The notes beneath the pieces were generated by a model that saw only the letters and a list, made by a program, of their open reading frames with translations, did no database searches and was not told the DNA's origin. From the human T2T-CHM13v2.0 reference genome, Homo sapiens: 64,000 bases of DNA. Position numbers and translations under genes: made by a program. Positions within the stretch are counted from its first letter, which is position 1; each line of letters opens with the position of its first letter. The stretch is from the NCBI RefSeq assembly GCF_009914755.1, contig NC_060928.1, one strand, 5' to 3'. This document shows positions 36,324 through 53,877 of the stretch, piece after piece.

Positions 36324-37344
36324 CAGTCCAAAGGAGTGGGTAACAGGAGCACCCACTATTATAAATGTGGCAATGCCACTTGGGTTTGGGAGGGTTCCTG
36401 CTGAAATGGCCCAGGAGTAGAGATGAATTGTGAAGGGAGGTAGAGTGGGGCTCTTCTGTTGTGGCTGAGGACTCTGGAAATCTGCCATTAAGAACTGCTT
36501 ATTTGATTAATTTTATTTTTTAAAAAGGAATCTGGTTATGATGATGGACAGGGAGAATGGACATCTGAGAAGGGGCCTACATTAGCAAAATAATCCAAGC
36601 TGTGGTCTGGATTTATAGCTTCCTTTTGTACTTCTAAGATTTTAAAACTCTTCTAGTCGGCTAAGGAAAAATCTATCTTAAAATTATAATTCTGTGTCAA
36701 AAGTGAATTCCTAATGAAGTTAATAAAAATAAATTTCTACATAACTAGCTGACAAAAGCTGAACTAAGAATTTTTCTTCCCATCATGATGGAGTAATTCG
36801 TTCTGGACCAGCCCTTCTATTGAAAACAACTATAAAACTGAAAAAGATATATTAAATGATTATTTTCTTGAGTATAGAAAGCACAGAACTACGATCCATG
36901 AGTGAGGTGAAGCAAAGATGAGACCCACAGCCAGTGCAGATCTTTCTGGACTGTGGCATAGAGAGGGAGACTCTTCATGGTGATTGGCCACCTTGGTGAG
37001 CTGAGAGACAGAGATTAGAACTCAGATACTAAGTTCGCTGGGATTGGTGGGGCCGCCTCCACTACAGAGTGCTGTCTCCTCCATTGTCACAGGCTTTCTG
37101 GAGTGGCTCCCATGTAAGGACTGAGCAGGGCAAGGTGTGAAGGCTGTACCTGACTCTGCTACTTACTCCAGAGTACCCTGCTGGGTTGGCCCACATTCAT
37201 TGGGCCTTCACTGAAGTTTATTTTCTGCCTTTCCCAAACTTCTTTCCTCTCCCTTCATAGCTGTTGATCCCTAGAAAACATCTTTCACCCCTAAACTCTA
37301 CCTCAGCCTTTGCTTGCAGAGAATCCAACTTGCTGTACTGGTTC

Positions 37345-40080
37345 TGCTATACTGAATTCTATCAAACGTTGAAGGAGAAAATAATAACCATTTTATACAC
37401 ACCCAGAAAACAGAGGAGGAAAGAATACTCCTAACTCATATTATACAGACAGAATAACCTAATACCAACATCTGACAAGGACATTACAAGAAAACTAAAG
37501 ATAATATCCTTTATAAACATAGATATAAAAAAGGTTTAACAAAATAATTAGTAAAACAAATCCAACAATTTATAAAAAGGAAAATATTGTATGTCATGAC
37601 AAATGTGGTTTCTACTAGGAATGCAAGATAGAATTATCTGAAAATCAATCAGTGTAATTTACTACATTAACAAAATAAAAGAGGAAAGTAATACGATTAT
37701 CTCAATGGATGCAGAAAAGGCATTTAACAAATTTCAACTTTCCTTTATGATTAGAAACTCTCAACAAAATGAGTATAGAAAGAAATATTCTCAATTTGAT
37801 AAAGGGCACCTATGAAAACTCTACAGATAATGTGGTACTTAATGGTGAAAAAATGAATACTTTCTTCCTAAAGTCAGGAATGAGGCAAGGATACCTAATA
37901 TCACTACCTCTATTCAACATCATACTGAATGTTCTAGCCAGTGGTACAGGCAACAAAAATAAATAAAAGGCAAAATGTCCAGAAAGACTAAAGTATAATT
38001 GTCTTTATTCATATACAACATGTTTGAATGTGTAGAAAATCCTATAAATGTATAAAAATGCTAAAATAACTAAGTGAATTTAGCAAGTCTGTAGGATGTA
38101 AGTTCAATAACTTTAAATCAAATTTATCTATTTATACTAGCAACAAAAATTGGAAGATAAATATTAAAACAATACCATTTATAATAACATATAAGAAAAC
38201 AAAAATACATGAGGATAGATGTAATAAAAAACACATTATCTCTATATTGAAAACCGAGAGAAATTAGAAAAGACTGAAATAACTAGTAAGTTTTCATATG
38301 TTCATGGATTGGAAGATTTGACACTCTTAAGATCTTATTTCTCTCCAAGTTGATCTATAGATTGAAAACAATCTCAATCAGAATCCCAGAAGGTTTTTTG
38401 TAGTAATTGATGAGATGATTCTAAAATTTATATAGAAATACTAAAAACATAGAATAGCCAGAGCACTGTTGAAAAAGTAGATCAAAGTTTGAGGACTTAC
38501 TCTACATGATTTTATGGCTTACTCTAAAGCTACAGAAACCAAGACAATAGGGCATTGGTGAAAGGCTAAACACATAGATCAATATGGATTAATGGAATGG
38601 TATAGAGAGTCCAGAAATAGACATATATGGCCAATGGATTTTCATTAAGTTGTCAAGGAAATTCAGTGAGGAAGTGATAGTAGGTGGTTTTGGAACAATT
38701 GGATATTATATATCATGTGTGGAAAAGAAATCTCAACTTTTGATTGGTACAAATTTCTACTTTTAACTCATACTATGCAGAAAAATTAACTTCAAATGCA
38801 TCATGGACTTACACTTGAAAGCTAACACTCTTAAACCTTTGAAAAAAAAAAAAACCAGGGATGTTTTCACAACCTTGGAATGAAAAAAATAGCATAGACA
38901 AAACACCAAAACTACAAACCATTAAAAAAATTGATAAACTAGACTTGCATCAAAATTTAAATTTCCTTCTCTTTGAAAGACATCATTAAGAAAATTTAAA
39001 AAGCAAGTTACACACTGGGAGAAAATCGCAATAAATCTGTAACATCTGACAAAGAAATTATTTAAAGAACCCCAAGAATTCAGTATTTTAAAAGGCAGAC
39101 AATGCAGTTTTTTAAAAGGACAAAATACTTAAACAGACACTTCACAAGGGAATGGGAAAATGGTCAGGAAACAAGTTAAAAGGTACTTGACATTATTAAT
39201 GATAAGGGAAATGCAAATTAAAACCACGAGATACCACTTCATGTGCACTAGGATGGCTATAATCAAACACACAATGACAAGTATTGGTGAGAATGTGGAG
39301 AAATTGGAACCTTAACACATTGATGATGGGAATGTAAAATGATGTAGCCACTAGGAAAAATAGTTTAACAGTCCTTCAAATGTTAAACATACAGTTATTA
39401 TATGACCCAGAAATTCTACTACTGGATATATACCCAAGAAAATTGAAAATACATGCCCACACAAAAACTTGTACACTAATGTTATTTTAAATATCCAAAA
39501 AGTGGAAACAATTCAAATCATCAATTCATCAATTGGTGAATCGATAAATAAAATGTGGTATAGCCATACAATGGAAGGCAATGTAGCCATAAAAAAAAAT
39601 TATCCTCTGATACATGCTGCAACATGGATGAACCTTGAAGATATTATAATTTGTATGATTTTGTTATTCTAGCAATTCATACACTAAAAGCCCTGACTTC
39701 ATCACCACACAATATATCCATGTAACAAAATTACACTTATACCCCACAAATTTATACAAATAAAACATTCTTAGAGGAAATATTGTGTTAAGTGAAAGAA
39801 GCTAGTCACAAAAGGTCACATATTGTAAGATACCATTTCTGTGAGAAGTCCAGAATAGGCAAATCCATATAGACAGAAAGTTGGTTATTGATTTCCAGAG
39901 ACTAGGGAGAGAGGGAAATGGAAATCCATGCTAATAAGTAAGGGACTTATTTTGGGGGTGATTAAGATTTTCTGGAATTAGAGAGTAGTGATTGTTTCAC
40001 AACATTGTAAATATACTAAAACCCATTAAATTGTACACTTTAAATAAACTATTTGGTATTTTAATTATATCTTAAAAAGG
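37345..40080 (+). mobile_element. Old L1M (L1MB/MC-like) ORF2 3' half and 3'UTR
   Basis: Degenerate RT peptide (ORF 37769-37966), C-terminal peptide (39469-39672), L1M-type 3'UTR; a short separate L1 3'-end fragment sits at about 39680-39765. Confidence 0.8.
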
Positions 40081-40917
40081 TTGAGTTTTTGATAGTACAA
40101 AAATAAAATAATTGGTACAAATTTCTAAGTCATTATCAGATTTTACATTATCTCCTTCCTAAAAGCCATTGCTGACTTGACCTAATTTTTGATACAGAAA
40201 AATATTGTCATTGTATGCATAGAAGTTATGATTCATCTCAGTTCTGTTTCAGAGATACTAACAGCTCTCTCCTTCCACCCCCACACAAGCGAGAACAGGG
40301 CACCGTATTACTTACATAAACTCTGCCACAGCAAGAGGCTAATTTATTTCTGAGCTTTGACAAATCAAATCTGGAGTCTGGTCTGCTTAATGCAGAGGGC
40401 TTACAGTGTTCCTCTGTTCTAACACTGTGTTTTCACTTTGGTAATGTTGGCATTTGCTTATGGAATTCAATCACCAATTCAGCTACGAGACAGATTTTAA
40501 AGGATGTTTTGTTCCAGTACTGACCATTAAAATAGCAAGATGGGTTTGTTTTTCACATCTTTCCATCACTTTAGCCTAGAAAAAAAACTTCCTATGAAAA
40601 GTGAATTTGTATTTTACAGTTTCTATGGAGATTGTACAAATAATAGGAAGCCTAACATCAACTATGCTTGAGAAGCAGTATGCGAATGTACCTTTTGGTA
40701 AAACATGGTGCATTTCCATCTGTAATGTGACCTGCAAGACAAGGAAACATTCTATGGAGCAAAGATTAGACTGATTATTAGAAGATCTAGATCTAGTCCT
40801 GAATTTGTGGCCACCTAACTTGTAGGAGCTACTTAATGGCTCTGGGCCCCAATTCTACCATCTGTTACTTATAGGGACTAAATCAGTGGCTTCCAGTTTA
40901 TTTGTTTTTTAACTCGC

Positions 40918-41456
40918 ATATTAGTCAGGTGGATTGTCCAGAGAAACAGAACCAACAGGGTATAAATGTGTGAGGCTGGGGGGTTGGGAGCAATAGTGAG
41001 GGCGAGAGAGAGAGAAAGATTTATTAGACTTGTTATAAGACATCAGCTCATGTGATTATGGAGGTTGATAAGTCCCAAGATCTGCAGTCAGCAAGCTGCC
41101 CCTCCAGGAGAGCCAATGGTATAGTTCCAGTCCCAAGGCCAGCGGACTTGAGACCCAAGAAGAACCAACGTCTCAGTTTGAGTCAAGAGGCAGGAAAAGA
41201 CCAATGCCCCAGCTCAAGGCAGTCAGGCAGGAGGCGTTTTCCTCTTAGTGAAAGGAGAATCAGCCTTTTTGTTCTATTTAGGTCTTCAATGATTGGATGA
41301 GGCCCATCCACATTAGAGAGGACAATCTAGCCAGTCTACCTGTTCAAATGTTCATTTCATCGAAAGCACCCTCATAGACACAATCAAAGTAATCTTGACC
41401 AAATGTCTGGGTACCCTGTGACCCAGTCACGTTGACACAAAAAATTACCCATTACA
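40918..41456 (-). mobile_element. MLT2-like ERVL LTR
   Basis: TATTAGTCAGG...CCAGAGAAACAGAACCAACAGG and GTTGACACAAAAAATTACCCATTACA termini. Confidence 0.78.
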
Positions 41457-41869
41457 ACTTGGGAACCCTTACTTTAAATGGCATCTTGCTCAGAAGTCAC
41501 GTCAGTGAAACAAATGCAGGAGACGCTACACTTATTGAAGATTTAATGTAGGGTCACCCCGGCACCTCCTCCTTATCCCTGTAGTGATCCCAAAGATAGA
41601 TGCAGAGAAAGGGGCAGGCCAGCCACATGCCCAAGTGCCAGTCTCTAAGAGAGCACTGGAAGCCTAAAACATCATAGGTAAGGTACTCAGTTGTACTCCG
41701 TTGAACAGAAGCTGCTGGTTTTGCATCAGTAGCCATCTTTCTGTCTTCCACAGTGATTTTTTTAGTGATTTGTTTTGAGCATAAGGCCACTCTGAATAAA
41801 GACAATATTCTCTAGGCACCTTTGTGACTGAGTGTGGGCGGGTGCTGGCCAAAGGGATGAGAATAAAGT

Positions 41870-42160
41870 AATGTATGCAACTCTAGGTCCTGCCTGCCCC
41901 TAAAGGAAAGAGCATACCTACTCCTTCCTCTTTCCCTATTGCCACTGGCTGGAATACAAACATGATGGTAAGTCATCTTGGGCCATATGGATGACATCAC
42001 CACCACACAACAAGAGAGTAGGAGCCTGGGCCCCCAGTGATCTTGCAGTACAAAGCTGCTATACCAGCACAGACCTTTATGTGAAAGAGAAATACATTAT
42101 TTCATTTATGCCATTGTTATTTTGTCTCTGTTATATGGCGTTGAATTTATATCCTAACCA
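41870..42160 (+). mobile_element. Old MaLR LTR fragment (MLT1J-like)
   Basis: GGAGCCTGGGCCCCCAGTGA...GTGAAAGAGAAATA...GCCATTGTTATTTTG; boundaries approximate. Confidence 0.5.
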
Positions 42161-42739
42161 AAAATATGGTTCTATCAGAATTTTTCTATGAGAGAATAAT
42201 ATGTGTGTTTAGAAGGAATATTTTGGTAAGCTACTTAGAGTATAGAACTGAGGTTCTTAATAAAGAGTATGATTTATAAAGGCATTTTATATCTATCTGT
42301 GAGCTAACCACATTGGGTCATTCCTAAACTATTTGGTTGAAAAGAGGGAAGTCTAATAATGACCATCAGTCATCCATCCTCCCACATACAGAACAGAGTT
42401 CAGTGTCTTCTCCAAATAATGTTAAACAAATGTTTTAAAAACATCATTATGAAAAGGTGCTAAAGTATTATGCTCAAAGTGACTATGTGTCCTCATTTAA
42501 TCCTATCTTGAGGGTCAGCCATATGGATTTTGTTAGAGTCCCTGTTAAAAACCACTGGAGGAGATGGTTCCTGTGTTCTCTTTCAACATCATCATTCTCT
42601 GGTATATTCTCCCTAAATAATAATGTTCAAGGCCCACAGCATTGTTTAAATATAAGAAGCAATTATGTCATCCCATTTAAGCAACATAGACACACATTTT
42701 CTTGAAAGAGTTTTCTATAGTCATTGTCTCATCAGATAT

Positions 42740-45500
<2,761 letters not shown>

Positions 45501-46908
45501 CAATTTATTTCAAATTTAAATATTGAATATATTTTACCTACAGTAAAATGCATAGATTTTTAAGTGTAAATTTTAATGAATTTTAATAAATGCATATACC
45601 TGTCCATTGATGATATCAACATGTGGGACATTTCTATCACTCCAGAAAATTTCCACATGTCCTTTTTCAGCTAACCTCCTTCCCCTCACCCCTACAGAAG
45701 TAATCACTGTTCTGATTACTTTTACTAAGGATTGGTTTTACTTATTCTGACAATTACTGAGAAACAGGTGTTAAAATCTTCAACCGTAGTTTGTGTGTTT
45801 TTTTATTTATTTAGACTTGGCTTCATGTAGTTTGAAATTCTGTTATGAAGCACCTACACATTTAGTATTTATATGCCTTCTGATGCAGATCCTTTCATCA
45901 TTATCTGTATTTTGGTCCCCAACTGGGTTAGAGTTGCAGTAGTCTAGTCTAGTCTAGTAGTGTAGCCTACTTTAAGTGCAAAGTGCATATGTTTTCAACC
46001 CTACTCCACTTCTCAATATTTTAGACAGGGAATATACTATTTCTCCAATTTGGTGATGTTTTCCTATATTTCAAAACAAGCCTAAATTAAATGCATCCCT
46101 TTTCACATTAGCAGAATATATTACAATAACTCTCCTGGAGTTATAATAGTTTATTATCCTCCTTTGCCTGCTCTGTGAAAATATGCTATACTTTTGTTGG
46201 GAACATGCAGAAAAGGCCCACAGAAATCCAGCCACGTGGATCTAATGTTTTGTCAGTTTCAATAGAGTCTGTTTATTGTCTTAGTCACAGTAATTATGGA
46301 ACAACAGCTTTTAACAATTTCAGTGGAGGAGGTGTATTGTTTTGGCCTTTTAGTTTCTGCCTGTTTCTTCAGTGATAAGAAAGACAAATTAGGCTTACAA
46401 TTAAGCTAGAACTCTACTTCATTTGGAAAGTTCACATATCCCAGCCAAACCAACAGCCTTATGTTTAATTACAGAGCTAAGAAGCCAAAGGGCTTGCCAC
46501 TCTTGTTTGCAACTCTGAAATTTACAGCTAACATTGGTGCAATGCCACAGTGAGTATAACTGTAGAAATATTTGTGTGACATTAACGCTATGCACCCTCA
46601 TATTCTCCATTAGGGTAGAGAGTCCAAGTGTGTTTAAAATGCAAATACACATGACATTTAGTTGTTTTGGTAGGTCAATGATTCAAGCACTGAAATTAAA
46701 TTTTCTTGACAGAAGTGGCCTCATTAATGATCTGATTGATCCCAGCTTTTTCCCCTTCTTCCATCCTTTGTCACCTCTCCACTCCCAACAATAAGCCAAG
46801 CATCATCAAAATCCTAAAATTTTAACTTCTCTTTCTAAAAGGGATCAGTTTATGCAAGCAAGCAAAGGCCATCCTTTTAAAATTTTTATAGAGTTGCTTC
46901 TGAACATC

Positions 46909-47237
46909 TGCTATGGTTCAAATGTTTGTCCCCTCCAAAACTCATGTTGAAATGTGGTTGCATTGTGGTAGTGGGAACCTTGTGAGGAGATTGGGCCGTG
47001 AGAGCTCCCCTCATGGTGGGATTAATGCTGCTATAAAAGGCCAGGTTTGGCCTCTTTTGCCTTCTTTCCTTTCTGCTTTCTGCCACATGAGGACACAGCA
47101 AGAATGCCCTCATCAGATGCTGGTACCTTGACCTTGGACTTCCCAGACTCCAGAGTTGTGAGAAAATACATTCCTGTTCATTACAAATTATCCAGTATGT
47201 GGTATTCCATGATAGCAGCACAAAACAGACTAAAACA
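46909..47237 (+). mobile_element. MaLR solo LTR (MST-like)
   Basis: TGCTATGGTTCAAATGTTTGTCCCCTCC...CAGACTAAAACA; TSD ACATC at 46904-46908 and 47238-47242. Confidence 0.88.
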
Positions 47238-47489
47238 ACATCCTATACACAAAAACTCTAGTATCTGCTCATTAAGCTAGAAAATCTTGAATATTTATTG
47301 CAAATAAACAAAGGACAAAGGATGGGAAGAGGAAAAGAAGGAGAAAGAAGGAAAAGGAAGAGACTGAGGAGAAATAGACAGAGAAGGAAGAAGAGGACAA
47401 AAAAGGACTAGACAGTCAGCCTCTGATAAGCCAAATGGAATAGTGAATATAGCCTGCTAATATTTCCTGTTTCTTCCCCTCTTCACCAA

Positions 47490-47810
47490 GTTAATTCCTT
47501 GCCATCTCTTAGCTCTGAGTGTAATTATTACTGCCACAGGGAAACCTTCCCTGACCTTTCTGCCCAGGTCAAATTTTTCATTACAGATTCCCTTGACATT
47601 ATATACCTCTTTTTCTTTGCATTTCGCCTAGTGGTGATTTCAATTTTGTACTATTTGATTAATGCTTCCCTCCCAAGTAAATTGTAAGTTCTTCCAAGGC
47701 AGCAACCATTTCTGGTTTTTCTCACCATTGTATGTCCTGTTCTTAGCACAACATGTTCCACAGAGGAGAAAGTCAATTAATATTTATTGAATGAATCTAC
47801 TAAATAATCA
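47490..47810 (+). mobile_element. L2 3' end
   Basis: GGGAAACCTTCCCTGACC...TGTAAGTTCTTCCAAGGCAG...AATATTTATTGAATGAAT. Confidence 0.65.
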
Positions 47811-47944
47811 ATAAAAGCACATGTGAGAATTGGAGCAAAGAAAAATACTTTTGCTCCTCTCCTGAGAAATACTGTCCCTAGCTTAGTGGTGCTAAAGTAT
47901 TTTGGTTGTAACACCCTTTACACTCTTAAAACTATTGAAGATTA

Positions 47945-48560
47945 CATGAATGTTTATAGCAATTGTGAAAAAATTGAAAGCATCCAAGATATCCTTCAAT
48001 AGGTGGAGGGATAAGTAAATTGTGATATATTCATACAATAAAATATTATTCAATGATAAAAAGAAATTAATTATTGATCCATGAAAAGATAGAGGAAACT
48101 TAAATGCATATTTCTATGTAAAAGAAGCCAGTCCCAAAAGACTACTTGCTGTATGATTCCAACTATGTAACATCTGGAAAAGACAAAACTATAGAGACTG
48201 TAAAAAGATCAATGGTTGCCAGGGGTTTAGGGGAAGAGAGGAATACATGGGAAGAACGCAGGGAATTTTTAGGGCAGTGAGACTATTTTATACAATACTA
48301 TAATGTTGGATACATGTCATCATATGTTTGTAAAAATCCATAAAATGTACGACACAAAAGCAAACTCTAATGTAAATTATGTGCTTTGTCAGATAATGTA
48401 TCAGTGCTGTTTCACTGATTGTAACAAATGTGTCATACTGATGTAAGATGATGATAGCAGGGAAGGCTGGGATGAGGGAGATGAGGAATATATAGGAAGT
48501 CTCTGTACTTTCTACTCAATTTTTCTGGAAACCAAAAACTGATCTTAAAAATAATTTATA
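47945..48560 (+). mobile_element. Old L1M 3'-end fragment
   Basis: L1MC-type 3'UTR motifs; flanked by the repeat CTATTGAAGAT at about 47932 and 48712. Confidence 0.7.
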
Positions 48561-48695
<135 letters not shown>

Positions 48696-49275
48696 TCAAT
48701 TTTTTAAAAGCCTATTGAAGATCTACAAAGAGATTTTGTTTATATGAGTTTGATCTATTGATGTTTACCAAATTACAAACTAAAATGAGAAATTTTTAAA
48801 ATATTTATTTTTAATTCATTTAACAAATCAATGAACCCACTACATGTTAACATTAAAATGTGTTTTATTACATATAACTATATTGGAGGCATTCACTTGC
48901 AGCCAAGATGGAGTTAACAAAGATCAGATTTACCATCCCACCTGAGCTTTTTTTTTTAAGAAAAAAAAAGACAGATAAAAAATATATAAAACAACAGCTC
49001 TTGAGACATTAGACATAAGGCAATAAAAAACAGTAATCCCCAAGAGAAAAGAAACAAGTGAAGTGAGCCCTGTACTTGCATCAGCTTACTATCAGGGTCA
49101 GCTAACTTTTTTTGTAAAGGGCCAGATGGCATACATTTTAGTCTTTCTGGGCTACATAAAGATTCTAGGTAATAGAGTAAGGACAAAAAAACTCAAGTAT
49201 AGAGTGTCTCTGAATTGAGGAGATGGAGTTCGGAGTTTAGGTAAACCAAGGTTCACAGGGCAAAGTACTATAGAG

Positions 49276-49552
49276 CAGTGGTCCCAACATTTCTGGCACT
49301 GGAAACCAGTTTTGTGGAGGAATATTTTCCCATGAACAGGGGGTTGGGGTGGGGGATGGGTTTTGGATGTGCAGTTCACAATAGGATGCACGCTCCTATG
49401 TAGAATCTAATGCTGCCGCTGATCTGACAGGAGGCAGAGCTCAGGTGGTAATGTTTGCTCGCACACCCCTCCCTCACCTCCTGCTATGTAGCCCGGTTCC
49501 TAAGAGGCCATGGATGGGTACCAGTCTGGGTCCCAGGGGTTGGGGAGCCCTG
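49276..49552. mobile_element. MER1B-like hAT MITE
   Basis: Degenerate TIRs CAGTGGTCCCAAC / GTTGGGGAGCCCTG; internal AATCTAATGCTGCCGCTGATCTGACAGGAGGCAGAGCTCAGG. Confidence 0.8.
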
Positions 49553-51592
49553 CAGAGGACAGAGTAGCATGGGAGGTTAACTTCAGAGATCTTCCGGAGG
49601 CATCTTCAAGTATTCAGATGAATACTGAGCAGCCCATGTGTGTGTGACCATCCAAGGCTAGGGGAAGAACAACTTGAAAGCATTGGAGGGGAACAGTGCC
49701 CACTGCTCACATAAGACTCAGATTACTGTCTCATTTCAACAACCAGAGCAGAAAACTGTATAACTTATGGGGCCTTGGATTGGGCACTAAGAAGGGCCTT
49801 GCCTCAGTAGTGGGGAAAATTAATGGTAGATAAAATGCTGCTCTGATCCAGCTAAACAAACCTTAAATGCAAGACCCCAAAGAATCAAACTGTTGCTAAG
49901 TAACTTCACTGCATTCCAAAACAAAGATCAAGAATATTTATAGGAATACAGAAATACATGACACCCTACAGGGCAAAATTCACACTATGTGGCATATAAT
50001 AGAGAACTACCTGGAATAAGACAAAGCAGGAAAATATAATCCACAATGAGAAAAAACAGTTAATTTACATTAACCTAGAAATGACAGAATGATAGAATTT
50101 GTACAAAAGGACGATAAATATTTTCCAAATGTAAAAACTACAAACCCACAGATCCAATAAGTTCAATGAACATCAAACATAAGAAACATGAAGAAAACTA
50201 CACAAAGGCATAATAATTAAACTGCTAAAAGCCACTGATAAAGAGAAAACATTTTTTAAAAACACGTAGGAAAAAAGACACATTATTTATAGAAAAACTA
50301 GATAAAGATGCCTCATCAGAGACAATGCAACCTAGAAGATAGTGGAGCAACATCTTGAAAGTACAGGAAGAGTAAATCTAGAATTCTTTGCCCAAGAAAA
50401 ACATCTTTTAATAAAGAAGGCAAAATAAAACTTTTCCAAACATACAAAAGCTGAAAGAATTTATCACTAGCAGACTTGCACTATGAGAAATTTTAAGAAA
50501 TTATCCTTTAAGCAGAAGGAGAATAATACCAGATGGATACTTGGATCCTCACCAAGTAAATAAATGGTACCAGAAATTCTAACTAGATAGGTAATTTTCT
50601 TATTATTTAAATCTCTTTAAAGTTAAAGAGATAATTGAAATTTAAAGTAAAATTAATATCGATATATTGTGGGATTTATGTAAATTGTAGAAGTAAATTG
50701 TATGACAATAGCAGAGAAGCCTGGAGGATCAAAATGGAGGTGTCCTGCTGCAAATTTCTTATACTGTACATCAAGTAGTATTGAAGGTAGACTATATTGT
50801 TAAAGATGAAACTCAAAAGCAACCACTTAAATAATGCAACAAAGAATTATAGTTAATGAGAAAGAAAAGGAGATAAAATGAAATCATAACAAATCCTCAA
50901 TTCATCTAAAAACTGTCAAAAAAGAAGAAAAAAGGAAACAAAAATAGAAAAAATTAAAAGCAAATCACAAGATGATAGATTTAAATGAAACCATGTCAAT
51001 GATCACATTCTGTATAAATAAACACACCTCAATCAGAAGGCAGAGGTTTTCAGATCAGAAAAAAACAAATAAACAAGATCCAAAGCTATGCTGTCTAAAA
51101 GAAATCTGTTTTAATTATAAAGACACAATAGAAACAGCCTAATTGATATAGAACACTCCAGCCAACAGTAGACTGCTGACACTTTTCAGGTATACATGAA
51201 ACATTTACCAAGATTAATTATATTCTGGGCCATAACATAAATCTATCTAAGTTTTAAATGACTTATGTCATACAAATATGTTCTCCAACAGCAAAAAAAA
51301 AAAAGTTAGATTAGAAATTAATGAAAGTATCTAGAAAATTCCTGAAGATTTGGATACTAAATAACATGCTTCAAAATAATCCATGGGTCAAAGAAGAAAT
51401 CAAAAGGGAAATAAGAAAACATTTTGAACCAAATGAAAATGAATATACATATGTCAAAATTTTGGGGTTACCACCAAACCATTCTTTAGAGGGAAACTTG
51501 TGCACTGAGAAGAAAAAAACAATTAAATAATCTTAACTTTCACCTTAGGGGAAAAAAAAACAAACTAAACAAAGCAGCAAAAGAAAGAAAAT

Positions 51593-51959
51593 ATAGACAG
51601 TTCTTAACTCACAATGGTTCAATTTAACAACTTTTTGATTTTACAATGGTGCAAAAGTAATATGCATTTAGTAGGAAGCATACTTGGAGTACTCATACAG
51701 CCATTCTATTTTTCACTTTCAGTAGAATTTTCAATAAATTTCATGAGATATTCAACACTTTATTATAAAATAGGCTGTGTGTTAGATGATTTTGCCCAGC
51801 TGTAGGCTAAGGTAAGTGTTCTGAGCATGTTTAGGGTAGGCTAGGCTAAGCCAGGATTTTAGTAGGTTGGTTGTACTCAATGCATTTTCAACTTATGATA
51901 TTTTCAATTTATGATGGTCTTATCAGAATGTAATTCCATTGTAAGTGAAGGAACATCTG
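51593..51959 (-). mobile_element. MER47A-like Tigger MITE
   Basis: TAGGCTAGGCTAAG, GATGATTTTGCCCAGCTGTAGGCTAA and terminal GAACATCTG-TA. Confidence 0.8.
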
Positions 51960-52988
51960 TAATAAAGATCAGAACAGAAGTCAGGAAACTGGAAAATGAT
52001 GCCAGTTCAAATGGGTGGAAAAGGAAGCTCCAAAAGTGTGTTCCTCCATAAAAGCCACAAATAAATTGGCAAAACTGTCAGAATTAGTTTTGTCAGAACT
52101 CTGAATACTAATACAAAATTTACAGTAAACAGATGAACGTCTAATCAAAACAAACAAACACACAAACAAAAACAAAAAACCTGCCTCTACGAAAAAGAGC
52201 TTTGTGGTGCTTTAATTAACTGCAGCCCCATCTTCCACTCTCTAGCTCTGCAGCCTCCCCAGCAATGTGGGGAGAAGACAATAGCCCACATTACCAAGAT
52301 AGGATCTTAGTATGAAGGGAGCAGAACAAGCCTCATTCTTAAAGAATTGTAGTTGTTTTGACCTATGTCTCCCGAATAAGTGGCTCAAAGGGCTTCTCTT
52401 TATTTCACTTAACCTGAAATTCTCCCAGAGCTAAGTCTACTCAGGGGGCATTAGTGGAAAATATTCCGAGGCAAATGTATGAGCTGCTGCCACCTGGGGC
52501 AAAAGATAAGAGTTTCGGCAAACCACTAATTACTCTGGCAGGAAAAGCCAGGGAATAAGATGCCTTGGGAAATAAGGGCTTTGAAAAGGTAGCATATATT
52601 TCTGGGAATTTAGAAGGCAACACTCATGCCCAGGAATGATGCAGTATCAACAAAGACCTGAGAACCTAATCTCTCATCTATGACTGACCCTCACACCCTG
52701 TGCAAGCCAGAAGTGAATGAAGGCAAAGGCAGAGCTGTAAACTGCCTGCCTGAGGAAGGTGTCTTCCAAAACACACACATAGCTCATCTGCAAATGCTAG
52801 ATTTTTTTATTGTTGTTACTTAAGGCATTTAAGGAAATTTCTGTCAAATTTAATTTAGTTGTCTACCTGACAACTAAACTAACAAAATGGAGATTTCAGT
52901 GGCTAGATATAACAAAGAATACAGACTTTACAAAACTTGTTTGAAAAGTCACTAAACAAACAAGTGACAACTACACAAGCAACAATGA

Positions 52989-53877
<889 letters not shown>
